22,111 nt of DNA, from NCBI RefSeq assembly GCF_006345805.1, contig NW_021837020.1, forward strand, positions 1-22,111. Direction: 5' to 3'. Shown one piece after another: positions 12,159 to 21,150 of the stretch. The stretch's first letter is position 1. Every line of letters begins with the position of its first letter. Made by a program: the position numbers and the translations under genes. Under the pieces are notes generated by a model. That model had not been told where the DNA came from. It was given only the letters and a program-made list of their open reading frames with translations, and searched no databases. The stretch comes from Octopus sinensis (lineage: Eukaryota).

Positions 12159-12214
12159 AAAACAGACAACAGAACCTAACAGCATTAACACGCTGCGTGA
12201 ATGATATCAAACAG
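12159..12214 (+). CDS. Candidate internal coding exon of an unidentified gene: (E)NRQQNLTALTRCVNDIKQ
   Basis: Acceptor TATTTTAACCCAG (modest) and strong donor CAG|GTGAGC at 12215. The frame is open and ends in phase 0, matching the phase-0 exon at 14515. An alternative upstream acceptor at 12145 would add YFNP. Protein not recognised. Confidence 0.4.
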
Positions 12215-12331
12215 GTGAGCTGCTTCTAATTTCTGACAGTGATAACCCATACAACTTAATGTATGGAAAGCCAACATCGTCATTATCACCACGGACAGGT
12301 AACGGAAATTCATATTGAACAACATTCCGTA

Positions 12332-12455
12332 TCTTTTATCTTTTATCAGTTACTTATTTCAGTCATTGGAATTCCACCATATTGGAGAGACGCATTCAAG
12401 GGTTTTGTCGAACAAATCGATCCCAGTACTTGATTTATGAAGAGTGGTATTCATT
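12332..12455 (-). mobile_element. Highly degenerate 3' fragment of SINE family 1
   Basis: TTACTTATTTCAGTCATTGG...TTTTGTCGAACAAATCGATCCCAGTACTTGA resembles 20580-20670. Confidence 0.7.
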
Positions 12456-12701
12456 CATTTCATTTAACCTTCTTGCCGTATATGGACTGGTATATGAAAG
12501 AACAGATACAACGTTTTGGTTTCCTCTGCGTGTCGTAAAAGATGACTAAAAGAGATTGAAGTAGGATTTTCACTACTCATAAAACCCTCACCACCAACGA
12601 CTGTCGCCTGCGTGGTGCAAAGATGCTATCCATCAGGAGTAGAGAATCACTAACAAATGGTTTATACAGCGACGTGCTATAACAGAGCATCACCCTAGTC
12701 G

Positions 12702-12762
12702 ACTACTACTACTACTACTACTACTGCTACTACTACTGCTGCTACTACTACTGCTGCTGCTG

Positions 12763-12817
<55 letters not shown>

Positions 12818-12857
12818 CACCACCACCACCACTACTAATACCATTACCACCACCACA
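12702..12857. repeat. (CTA)n->(CTG)n->(CTA)n->(CCA)n trinucleotide array
   Basis: Read directly. Confidence 0.95.
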
Positions 12858-12871
12858 CTTTGGAACAACAG

Positions 12872-12940
12872 TTATTTTATCGATTCAAAAAGAGGAAAGG
12901 CGAAGTTTACTTCGGCAGGATTTGAACCCAGAATTCAGAG
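12872..12940 (-). mobile_element. Short fragment of SINE family 2
   Basis: TTATTTTATCGATTCAAAAAGAGGAAAGGCGAAGTTTACTTCGGCAGGATTTGAACCCAGAA aligns to 18781-18843. Confidence 0.7.
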
Positions 12941-12976
12941 GTCCAGAGAAAATTGCCTTATTTCCTCTTGTCAATT

Positions 12977-13270
12977 CCTATCCTCAGCACTGAGGCTCGT
13001 GGACTATGGACGTATGCACTATCTCTCACCATCGATTCCTGACTCTGGTTCTGCCCATGGAAAGACATTTGATCAGAAGTCTTCCAGTCCATTCCTTACT
13101 GTCACCCAGCCAGTGTCTTCCCGGTCTCCCCTGTTCTTGTTCGCCATTGACTCTTTTCTCTAGGATGTAGGAACTGACCTCTTGGTCATTGGTGACGTAC
13201 TTTTTAAGTATTGCAGCTTTCTCTTCCCTACAGTTACCAGAAATTCTCTTTCTGTTTCTATTTCCACAGA
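12977..13270 (-). mobile_element. 3'-terminal fragment of an RTE-clade LINE (decayed)
   Basis: Minus-strand translation EREFLVTVGKRKLQYL/YVTNDQEVSSYILEKRVNGEQEQGRPGRHWLGDSKEWTGRLLIKC... matches the RTE ORF C-terminal pattern (KRKLxYFGH...ILEGxxxGxRxxGRPxxxWxDDIKEWTG). Confidence 0.8.
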
Positions 13271-14002
13271 CACTGAAACGTTCGTTCGATACTAAGTCCT
13301 ATTGATTCTCAGAACAAATACGGTACCTCATTTTGTCCTATGCTCTAATAGCTTTACCAGATCGCCACTATTACGATTCAAGAATATTTGTCTAAAACAG
13401 TGTTCCTGCTTGCCTCTACAAACAACAAATAAAATCTCCATTACAGTAGTGTTTGTTCACATTTATGGAACCGTGTTACTGATACACAAGCAAAAACAGC
13501 CTCCGTTTCGACAGTGTGTGTAAGACGATCATTCAACTGAAGAAAGATTTCTATCATCGACACCCTGCAGCCGCAAGACCACAACTGTTTCATTTCTTCC
13601 GTCCTCTCCTCCCATCATTTTCTCATTCCCTTTCCACCTATTTACCTACCTGTATATCTATATAGCTATCTATGCTTGTATGTAAATACATAGATATGCG
13701 TTAGGGAGTGTGTGCGCGCGTGTGTGTGGGAGAGTGTATATGCTTGTGTATATATATGTGAATGTATTTGTATACATAACTACATACGAAATTAACTGCA
13801 AAATCATTTAGTTATATTCAGCATGCTTTTTTTGCCAGACGCCCCAGATGGTAGGGATATAAACATAGGTGCGTGTATATATATGTATATATATATATAT
13901 ACCGGAGTAAACACATAAATGTGAAACAAGGTGGAAAAAAGAGTACTCAAATACCAGTGGTAGAGTATCTATATTTTTTTTTTAAGCAGCAGAAAATTCA
14001 AC

Positions 14003-14046
14003 AAAATCTGTTACTCTGAGTTTCTCGTTGCCGTTCATCACAGTTT
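14003..14046 (-). ncRNA. Minimal type I hammerhead ribozyme motif, defective (2-nt deletion removes C3 of CUGAUGA)
   Basis: Minus strand reads AAACTG-TGATGA-ACGGCAACGA-GAAAC-TCAGA-GTA-ACAG-ATTT. GAAAC is intact but the core start is damaged. Confidence 0.7.
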
Positions 14047-14056
14047 TTGCTAGCAA

Positions 14057-14100
14057 AAACTGTCTGATGAACGGCAACGAGAACTCAGAGTAACAGATTT
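14057..14100 (+). ncRNA. Minimal type I hammerhead ribozyme motif, defective (one A missing from GAAA)
   Basis: Stem I CTGT (14060-63)/ACAG (14093-96); core CTGATGA (14064-70); stem II (A)CG-GCAA-CG(A); GAA-C instead of GAAAC; palindromic stem III ACTC-A-GAGT; cleavage triplet GTA (14090-92). Confidence 0.75.
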
Positions 14101-14127
14101 TGTTGAATTTTCTGCTGCTTAAAAAAG

Positions 14128-14128
14128 T

Positions 14129-14193
<65 letters not shown>

Positions 14194-14300
14194 ATGTATG
14201 TTGGTATATTATTTATATACATACATATATGCATATATACATGCATAATTATATATATATGTATATATATATATATATATACATGTATGTATTTATATGT
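14128..14300. repeat. (TA)n/(TG)n compound microsatellite
   Basis: Read directly. Confidence 0.93.
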
Positions 14301-14514
14301 ATATCTTGATGTCTACCAGGGCAAAATATTTGTGTATGTTTTATTACCTTTGTTGTATTTTTCTCTCTATCCTCTTTCCCCTCCTCCCTTCTCTGTGTGT
14401 GTGTATGCGTGTGTGTGGTGTGCAGGGGGTACAATCTGTCTGTTTGCCTGTCTGTCTAGCTATCACCATCTCGTATTATTATGTCTTGGCAGTTTTCCAG
14501 TGACCTTTTCGTAG

Positions 14515-14559
14515 ATGTATGTAAACCCTCCAGAAATTGCAGTTCTTAACCGAGCAGAG
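14515..14559 (+). CDS. Candidate 45-nt symmetric (phase 0-0) coding exon of an unidentified gene: MYVNPPEIAVLNRAE
   Basis: Acceptor GCAGTTTTCCAGTGACCTTTTCGTAG| and donor GAG|GTAAAA. Only one frame is open. It is a non-repetitive island between microsatellites. Protein not recognised. Confidence 0.5.
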
Positions 14560-14587
14560 GTAAAAACAAAAAAAAAAAACTGCTTCA

Positions 14588-14700
14588 ACAGCAACAACAA
14601 CAAAAGCAACACCACCACCACCAACAACAACAACAACATCAGATGCAGAATGAGCAGAAACAACATTAGGAACAGTCGATACTATAGCAGCAACAACAAT
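14588..14700. repeat. (AAC)/(ACC)-rich low-complexity tract
   Basis: Read directly. Confidence 0.85.
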
Positions 14701-15161
14701 ATTAATGTTTTTCGCTTGTACAAGGTCTTAGAGTTTAGATGTGTGTATAGGTCGTTGTATTGACCTCCTCCTCCTAATTGACTGGTCATTTATTAATAAT
14801 AGCAGCAATGGCAGCACAACACCTGTGACATCGACAACAGAATAATCAACACATGCACCATGTTTAGCAGGTCACTGAGAGCTCAGTTGTGATTGGTTGG
14901 TTTCTAGATGACGTGAAAAGCAAATATGTATATCAATAAAGATAAATTACTTCATTACAAAGAGAAGGAGGCGGCGGCGTGCTTTAGGTCATTGACTTAA
15001 CTGGGTGAATGTATATGCTAGTGTACATGTGTGTGTGTGTGTGTTGTGCATGTTGATGTGTGACTGTCTTAATGTATGTTTGTGCACATGAGTGTATTGG
15101 TATAAATATGGACATATGAGGGTTTGAAGAGTTTGTAAATACTGTTGACCACGCTTATATA

Positions 15162-15250
15162 CATACATACATACATACATACATACATACATACATACAT
15201 ACATACATACATACATACACACATACATACATACTTATATACATACATAC
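15162..15250. repeat. (CATA)n microsatellite
   Basis: Read directly. Confidence 0.95.
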
Positions 15251-15253
15251 AAG

Positions 15254-15400
15254 TATTCTTTTATTTGTTTCAGTCATCTGACTGCGGCCATGCTGTAGCA
15301 CCACCTTCAGTCGAACAAGTTGACCCCAGTACTTATTCTTTCCAGGCCTAGTACTTATTCTATCGGTCTTTTTTGCCGAACCGCTAAGTTACGTGGGACA
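15254..15400 (-). mobile_element. 3' fragment of SINE family 1
   Basis: TTTTATTTGTTTCAGTCATCTGACTGCGGCCATGCTGTAGCACCACC...TACTTATTCTATCGGTCTTTTTTGCCGAACCGCTAAGTTACG aligns to 20585-20735. Confidence 0.9.
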
Positions 15401-15593
15401 TGTTTTATCTTTCACTTGTTTCAGTTGTCATTAGAATGAGGCCAAGCTGGGGTGCCAGCTAGAAGAATCTTTAGTCGAATAAATGGATCCCAGTACTTGA
15501 TATTTTTTTATAAAGCCTGGTACTTATTCTATCGGTCACTTTTGCCAAACCGATAAGTTACGTATTCGTAAACGCCACAACAGTTGTCAAGCT
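15401..15593 (-). mobile_element. Second, more diverged tandem 3' fragment of SINE family 1
   Basis: CACTTGTTTCAG...TTTAGTCGAA...GGTACTTATTCTATCGGTCAC TTTGCCAAACCG...AGTTGTCAAGC. Confidence 0.82.
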
Positions 15594-15729
15594 TCTTAAC
15601 TATACAGCCATGCATTTAGATTCAGAAGTTATATCAATTAATGTTCTTCGCCAGAATTAATCAGACTGGCTAGTTCTCCCCGCCACGAGTGTAATTTTAT
15701 TCATCCACTCCGCTACATAGTACAAGTAC

Positions 15730-16010
15730 ATGGATTAGTGGTCAGGGTGTTGGACTCATGATCGTTAGATTGTGCTTTCGATTCCTGGACTGAGTGATGC
15801 GTTGTTATATATAACAAAACACTTCATTTCACGTTGCTCCAATCCACTAAGCTGCAGTGGTTAGGGTTTTGGACTCATGATCGATTCCTAAACCAATCCA
15901 CTAAACTGCAAAAAAATGAGTTATCCTGCGACGGACTAGCGTCCTGTCCAAGGAAGAGTATATACGCCAGTGAAACAGGGAAACCGGTTTTATGCCCCTT
16001 GCGGACTATT
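15730..16010 (+). mobile_element. tRNA-derived SINE family 3, with an internal rearrangement
   Basis: A-box-like TAGTGGTCAGGG and B-box-like TTTCGATTCC; body AAAACACTTCATTTCACGTTGCTCC...CTGCGACGGACTAGCGTCCTGTCCA...GAAACCGG; homologous to 18318-18540. Confidence 0.82.
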
Positions 16011-16099
16011 GTGGACTAAAAACTACACTACATTTATTTCGTTAAGGGCTACCATCCGTATTCTATGGTAGCTGATATCTGCAGAAGATGTCACATTGC

Positions 16100-16450
16100 A
16101 TCATTAAAACCAACATCACAACGTTGAAAAGTGAGATTATTAATCGCACTTCCCTGCCAACCCAAACACAATGCATGTCTACTTGCCCAGGGTCATCTCT
16201 TTCTATACTGCCTTTGGTGTGGCACTGGTGTAAAACCCACGCCTCACTGTTCGTACCATTTCTTTGCGCCAACGACATCCTCCTCTATCTATCATTGGCA
16301 AACTGCGACCTGAAGGTCTCAGATGACCTGCGAGATTCTGTGAGTGGCACACCTAACGAAAATCAACTTCCACCTTTTAAATTTCTTTTCTGTATTTGGC
16401 TCGTTTGATGATTAGCCTTGTTTCATGCGGCCATCTCGAAAACTATTGCT
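16100..16450 (+). mobile_element. Possible very old LINE reverse-transcriptase fragment (CR1/L2-like)
   Basis: AQG/SSLSILPL (with a frameshift; cf. PQGSVLSPLLF) followed ~25 aa later by CANDILLYLS (cf. YADDxxLY). The spacing fits, but the similarity is weak. Confidence 0.35.
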
Positions 16451-16619
16451 ATGCTTGCCCTGTATTGTTAATCAGTCAGCTAAACCTCGCAACCAAATTA
16501 ACCTCAATGAAAAAACTCAACTTACCATCGTAGAAAAAAAGGAAGGACACGTTAGATATTAAAGTCTTGGATACATTTTGTCAAATAAAATTAAATGGAT
16601 TTGACTGCAACGCCTTCAG

Positions 16620-16730
16620 TATGTGTGTGTACATGTGAATTTGTGTATGTGTATATGTGTGCTACTGAGTTTCTATGAATATGTGTGTGAGAGAGAGTGT
16701 TTATGTGTGTGTGCGTGTTTGTGTGTGCAC

Positions 16731-16761
<31 letters not shown>

Positions 16762-17280
16762 CAAAACAGCAGTTTACTCCATTTTAAACTTTTCTCACGC
16801 TGAGTGGACACACTTCTTAGCATAATAATCATGTGAGTGTACATATATGTGCATATATATGCGTATATGTGTCTGTGTGTAAGTGTACTTGTACGCCGGA
16901 TGTGTATATATTTGTGTCCGCACGGGCTTGTGTGTATGCGCTCGCGCATGCGTGGATGCATACATCTGGATCTGTGTGTGTATCATGTAAGCGTGGATAT
17001 GTTTCCCTGAGCTTATGATTATGTGTCTATGTGTGTGGGAGCAAGACCACTGTGACATAAGAGAAATCAGCTGTTACCAAGGTAACGCGTTTTATATTGT
17101 TTAAACAGAGATCGGCCTTATGCTTTGCTTTCCTCCCTCATTTACACACACACACACACTCACACTCATATACACATATACACATACTAAGATTAATACA
17201 GCGCATACACGCACATACATATTCATATTTTCACATACACAACTTCATACTGTTATACATGCATACATTCATACAGAAAT
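16620..17280. repeat. Degenerate (TG)n/(TA)n and (CA)n microsatellite tracts
   Basis: Read directly. Confidence 0.85.
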
Positions 17281-17817
17281 GCATGCCAGTTCACCTAGTT
17301 TAAGTGTCAGCATGTAATTCGTTAAAATTCTTAATATAAATATTGATAGATATTGACAGAGGGGCAGAATGGGATAATGTATGCGGACTAGTGAGCGAGA
17401 GTACAAGAAAAATGATACATACATATGCATATATACGCGTACGTCCGCGTTTTTGTGTATCTGTGTGTGTGTGTGTGTTTGTGTGTCTGTCTGTCTGTGC
17501 CCGCGCACGTGCGTGCGCCTGTGTGTATAATGTATTTTAGAAGGTAAATATTTTGCTACTTCAAGTTTCACCTGATGAATAGTATGATAATACCCAAAAT
17601 TATTAGGCATAGAAAAGGTCATTCACGCAAGAACTTCCCTCTCAATACAACATGCATATCATGTTGGTAAATAATCAGGTCCTGTCATGCGCATTGTAAT
17701 GTGATGTAAGGGAGAGAACTAATGGCTAGTTTATTGTGAATATTTTCGTTGGTTAGAACATAATTAAAAACATCAGACTATTTTTACAATGTTATTAGTC
17801 TGATTAATATCAATATT

Positions 17818-18210
17818 AGGTGCAGGAGTGGCTTTGTGGTGAGTAGCTTGCTTACAAACCACATGGTTCCGGTTTCAGTCCCACTGCGTGGCACCTTGGG
17901 CAAGTGTCCTCTACTATAGCCTCGGGCCGACCAAAGCCTTGTAAGTGGATTTGGTAGACGGAAACTGAAAGAAGCCCGTCGTATATATGTATAGATATAT
18001 GTGTATATGTTTGTGTGTCTGTGTTTGTACCCCCAACATCACTTCACATCCGATGATGGTGTGTATCTCCTCGTAACTAAGCGGTTCCGCAATAGAGACC
18101 AATAGAATAAGTACTAGGCTTACCAAGAATAAGTCCTGGGATCGATTTGCTCGACTAAAGGCAGTGCTCCAGCATGGCCGGAGTCAAATGACTGAAACAA
18201 GTAAAAGAGT
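17818..18210 (+). mobile_element. Near full-length tRNA-derived SINE, family 1 (CORE-like segment, internal TA/TG microsatellite)
   Basis: Head AGGTGCAGGAGTGGCTTTGTGGTGAGTAG...GGTTCCGGTTTCAGTCCC (A/B-box-like), CORE-like GCACCTTGGGCAAGTGTC, internal (TA)(TG) tract, tail ATGACTGAAACAAGTAAAAGAGT. Inverse copy at 20574-20994. Confidence 0.93.
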
Positions 18211-18317
18211 GTTATCAATGATCGTTGGTTTCATATTGTGTGTGAAACAGCTGTACAGAAGTGAAGTTGAAATGGTCTCTAATGCTTACTAATCGACTGC
18301 TGGGGTAACGAAGATAC

Positions 18318-18540
18318 GTGGCGTCGGGGTTAGGCTGCTGTGATAACGATCACGAGATCGTGGTTTCGATTTCCGGACCAGGTGACGCATTGTATTCTTG
18401 TGAAAAGATTTTCATTTCTCGTTGCTCCATTCCACTCAGCTGCAAAGGAGTAAACTTGCGACGGACTGACAACCTGTTCAGGCTGGAATATCCTGATCTC
18501 AGTCACCCATCTATACGACACGGAAAAGGCCCAGTGTTTC
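18318..18540 (+). mobile_element. Diverged copy of SINE family 3
   Basis: GTGGTTTCGATTTCCGGACCAGGTGACGCATTGTATTCTTG...GTTGCTCCATTCCACTCAGCTGCAAA...TTGCGACGGACTGAC aligns to 15730-16010. Confidence 0.8.
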
Positions 18541-18698
18541 TAAAGACATGAGTCAGTTATGTTCAGAGGTCAGGGAACTTACTAACGCTGAGGTCGCTAC
18601 TACTTGGTGTGGGGGTGGGGCGAAAATAAATTTTTGAGATAGGTTTTCTTAATATCTGCATAAAACTGACCTGGTGAACATGATGCTTGGCAGAATAT

Positions 18699-18913
18699 TT
18701 GTTTCAAATTTTGGCATAAGGCCAGCAAGTTTGGCAGATGGGGTAAGTCGATTACATTGGCCCCAGTATTCAACTGGTACTTATTTTATCGACCCCGATA
18801 GGACGAAAGGCAAAATCGACCTCGGCGAAACTTGAACTCAGAAGGTGCAGACGGACGAAATGCGGTTAAGCATATTGCCCGGTGAGTTAACGATTCTGCC
18901 AGCTCTCCGACTT
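18699..18913 (-). mobile_element. tRNA-derived SINE family 2
   Basis: Minus strand head ...GAGCTGGCAGAATCGTTAA...TTCTGAGTTCAAGTTTCGCCGAGGTCGATTTTGCCTTTCGTCCTATCGGGGTCGATAAAATAAGTACCAG; second copy 80 bp downstream. Confidence 0.9.
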
Positions 18914-18995
18914 GGGAAGCGTCAATAATGATGATTGAAGCATTGCAAAGCTAAAATATATTCAAACATAACGCAAAACATCTCTTTATAATAAT

Positions 18996-19208
18996 TGTTT
19001 ACAATTTTGGCACAATTCCAGCAAGTTCGGGGTAGGAGGTTAGTCGATTACATCGACCTCAGCACTTAACTAGTACTTTTTTTATTGACCCTGTAAGGGT
19101 GAAATGTAAATCGACCTCGGCGGAATTTGAACTCAGAATATGAAGATGGACGACATACCACTAAGCATTTTGCCCGGCATGCTAAAGATTCTGCTAGCTC
19201 GTCGCCTT
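18996..19208 (-). mobile_element. tRNA-derived SINE family 2, second tandem copy
   Basis: Colinear with 18699-18913 (AATTTTGGCA...CCAGCAAGTT...GTCGATTACAT...ATCGACCTCGGCGGAATTTGAACTCAGAA...GATTCTGCTAGCTCGTCGCCTT). Confidence 0.88.
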
Positions 19209-19479
19209 CGATTTCCAGAATATCATTAAATACTTATAAAAGCGAATCAGCTTACTCAACAAACCGTGCCCCACACATATATGATCGTGTATTAATGAAA
19301 GAAACCAACAATAATCACATTGTATTATCGATTCCCTTTTCTCTGCCCCTGGAGGAACGCGTTCATCTGGCAGAATACAAACTCAATTTCTACAAAGTAG
19401 AAGGCGAAATATATTAATACATTCTAGTTAGTGTGCACTTTTGTAATACCTGCTATCACCATAATTAAGGATGGGCTGA

Positions 19480-20340
19480 TTGATCTATCTTTAAGTGATC
19501 GATTAGATTATATTCTCATTGATTTCGTTTTTGTACAAAAACAATGATTAAATGAACGATGTGCAGATTTAGTGATCGATAAATTTGTGAGTGAGTGATT
19601 ATTTGATTGATTTAGTTATTGACTAACGAATTGATTGATCGAAAGTCATTAAATGATTAACTGGTAATCAAAATATTGACTGAATGATTGAAGTATTATC
19701 TGACTAATTGAGTAATTGAATGATGACATGCTTGATTGAGTTTGACTGAATGGTGAATTGTTAGTCTCAATAATGGATATAATAAACTGATGACTGATTA
19801 TTAGAGTAAATGAGTGATTGGGTGATTGAATAAGTTGTTGAATAAGAATGATTAAATTATTGACTGGTAGATTAATCAATTCATTTGTTGAGTGATTATC
19901 ACATTGTAGTTGAATATTCAATTGATAGATAAATCGAATGAATTTATGGCTAGCTCAAATGCAGGGATGAGTGACAGCATCATAGATCGGTTGGTTGAGA
20001 GTGGCTGAATTAACAGATTAAATGATTGATTTTAGTAGTGACTTACTGGTTTTCTGATTGCTTGAATGCTTCGAGGTTTCACTGGGTAACTGATCCGCCA
20101 ATTGCTAGATCGGCTTCTTCATAAATATATTATATAATTCATCAGCGATTCTTTAAGGTAGTGTTTAAATGATTGATCAGTTGAATGAGTGATTCGTCGA
20201 TCTATTAACAGCCCGTTCTTTTTCATAGATTAATTAACTTATTGATTATGGATTGATCGACTTTCAGAATGAGTGAGAAAGTGATTGATTGATTGATTTA
20301 ATGAATGAATGGATTATTAACAAGAGACAGAATTCTACAA
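19480..20340. repeat. Cryptic, highly degenerate (TGAT/TGAA/GATT)n tetranucleotide-derived region
   Basis: Dense GATTGA/TGAATG/GATCGA words; C-poor on the + strand. Confidence 0.8.
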
Positions 20341-20507
20341 TATTTTGACTGTGAATGAGTAATCGATTAATACACGGCATAAGAGAGAGGTGAGAGAGAA
20401 GGAGAGAGAGGCAGAGAAATAGAAAGGCATGGAATGATAGATAGATATGTATAGTATATGTGTATGTATTTTCATGGCTATATATGTATATATGTATGTG
20501 TTGTATA

Positions 20508-20538
<31 letters not shown>

Positions 20539-20573
20539 GTATATACATACATATGTATATATGTATATGTATA

Positions 20574-20994
20574 TACTCTTTACTCTTTTACTCTTTTACT
20601 TGTTTCAGTCATTTGACTGCGGCCATGCTGGAGCACCGCCTTTAGTCGAGCGAATCGACCCCGGGACTTATTCTTTGTAAGCCCAGTGCTTATTCTATCG
20701 GTCTCTTTTGCCGAACCGCTAGTGTGACGGGGACGTAAACACACCAGCATCGGTTGTCAAGCAATGCTAGGGGGACAAACACAGACACACAAACACACAC
20801 ACACACATATACATATATATATACATATATACGACAGGTTTCTTTCAGTTTCCGTCTACCAAATCCACTCACAAGGCATTGGTCAGCCCGGGGCTATAGC
20901 AGAAGACACTTGCCCAAGATGCCACGCAGTGGGACTGAACCCGGAACCATGTGGTTGGTTAGCAAGCTACTCACCACACAGCCACTCCTGCGCC
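20574..20994 (-). mobile_element. Full-length tRNA-derived SINE, family 1
   Basis: Reverse complement of the 17818-18210 family (about 14 differences over the first ~165 nt, counted by eye); (AAAGAGT)n-like tail at 20574-20600. Confidence 0.95.
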
Positions 20995-21150
20995 ATATAT
21001 ATATATATATATATATATGTGTATGTCTATAAATACACATATATACATATATATATATATGTGTGTGTGTGTACACATATATACATATATATGTGTGTGT
21101 ATGTGTGTATCTGTGTGTGTGCCCACGCCCATATGTATATTTATATACAT
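20995..21150. repeat. (TA)n/(TG)n compound microsatellite
   Basis: Read directly. Confidence 0.9.

Larger units (their letters stand above)
13901..14126. mobile_element. Penelope-like-element terminal-repeat derivative arranged as an inverted duplication, embedded in (TA)n
   Basis: Contains a 149-bp palindrome (13978-14126) whose arms each carry a minimal hammerhead core. The left arm extends a further ~77 bp to ACCGGAGTAAAC at 13901. (TA)n flanks both sides. Minimal hammerheads are an established feature of PLE terminal repeats. Confidence 0.7.

Noticed and set aside
12515-12560. CCTCTGCGTGTCGTAAAAGATGACTAAAAGAG, reminiscent from memory of a structured motif near retrotransposon 5' ends
   Set aside because: I could not fold it into HDV-like, twister, pistol or hammerhead topology, and could not verify the recollection.
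17565-17630. CTGATGA...GAAA resembling a hammerhead
   Set aside because: No stem I pairing, and the stem II register is not adjacent to the core.
19127-19417. 96-aa + strand ORF
   Set aside because: Begins inside an antisense SINE and has no recognisable domain.
15730-20994. tRNA-like A/B boxes at SINE heads as tRNA genes
   Set aside because: No complete cloverleaf, and each continues into a SINE body with multiple diverged copies.
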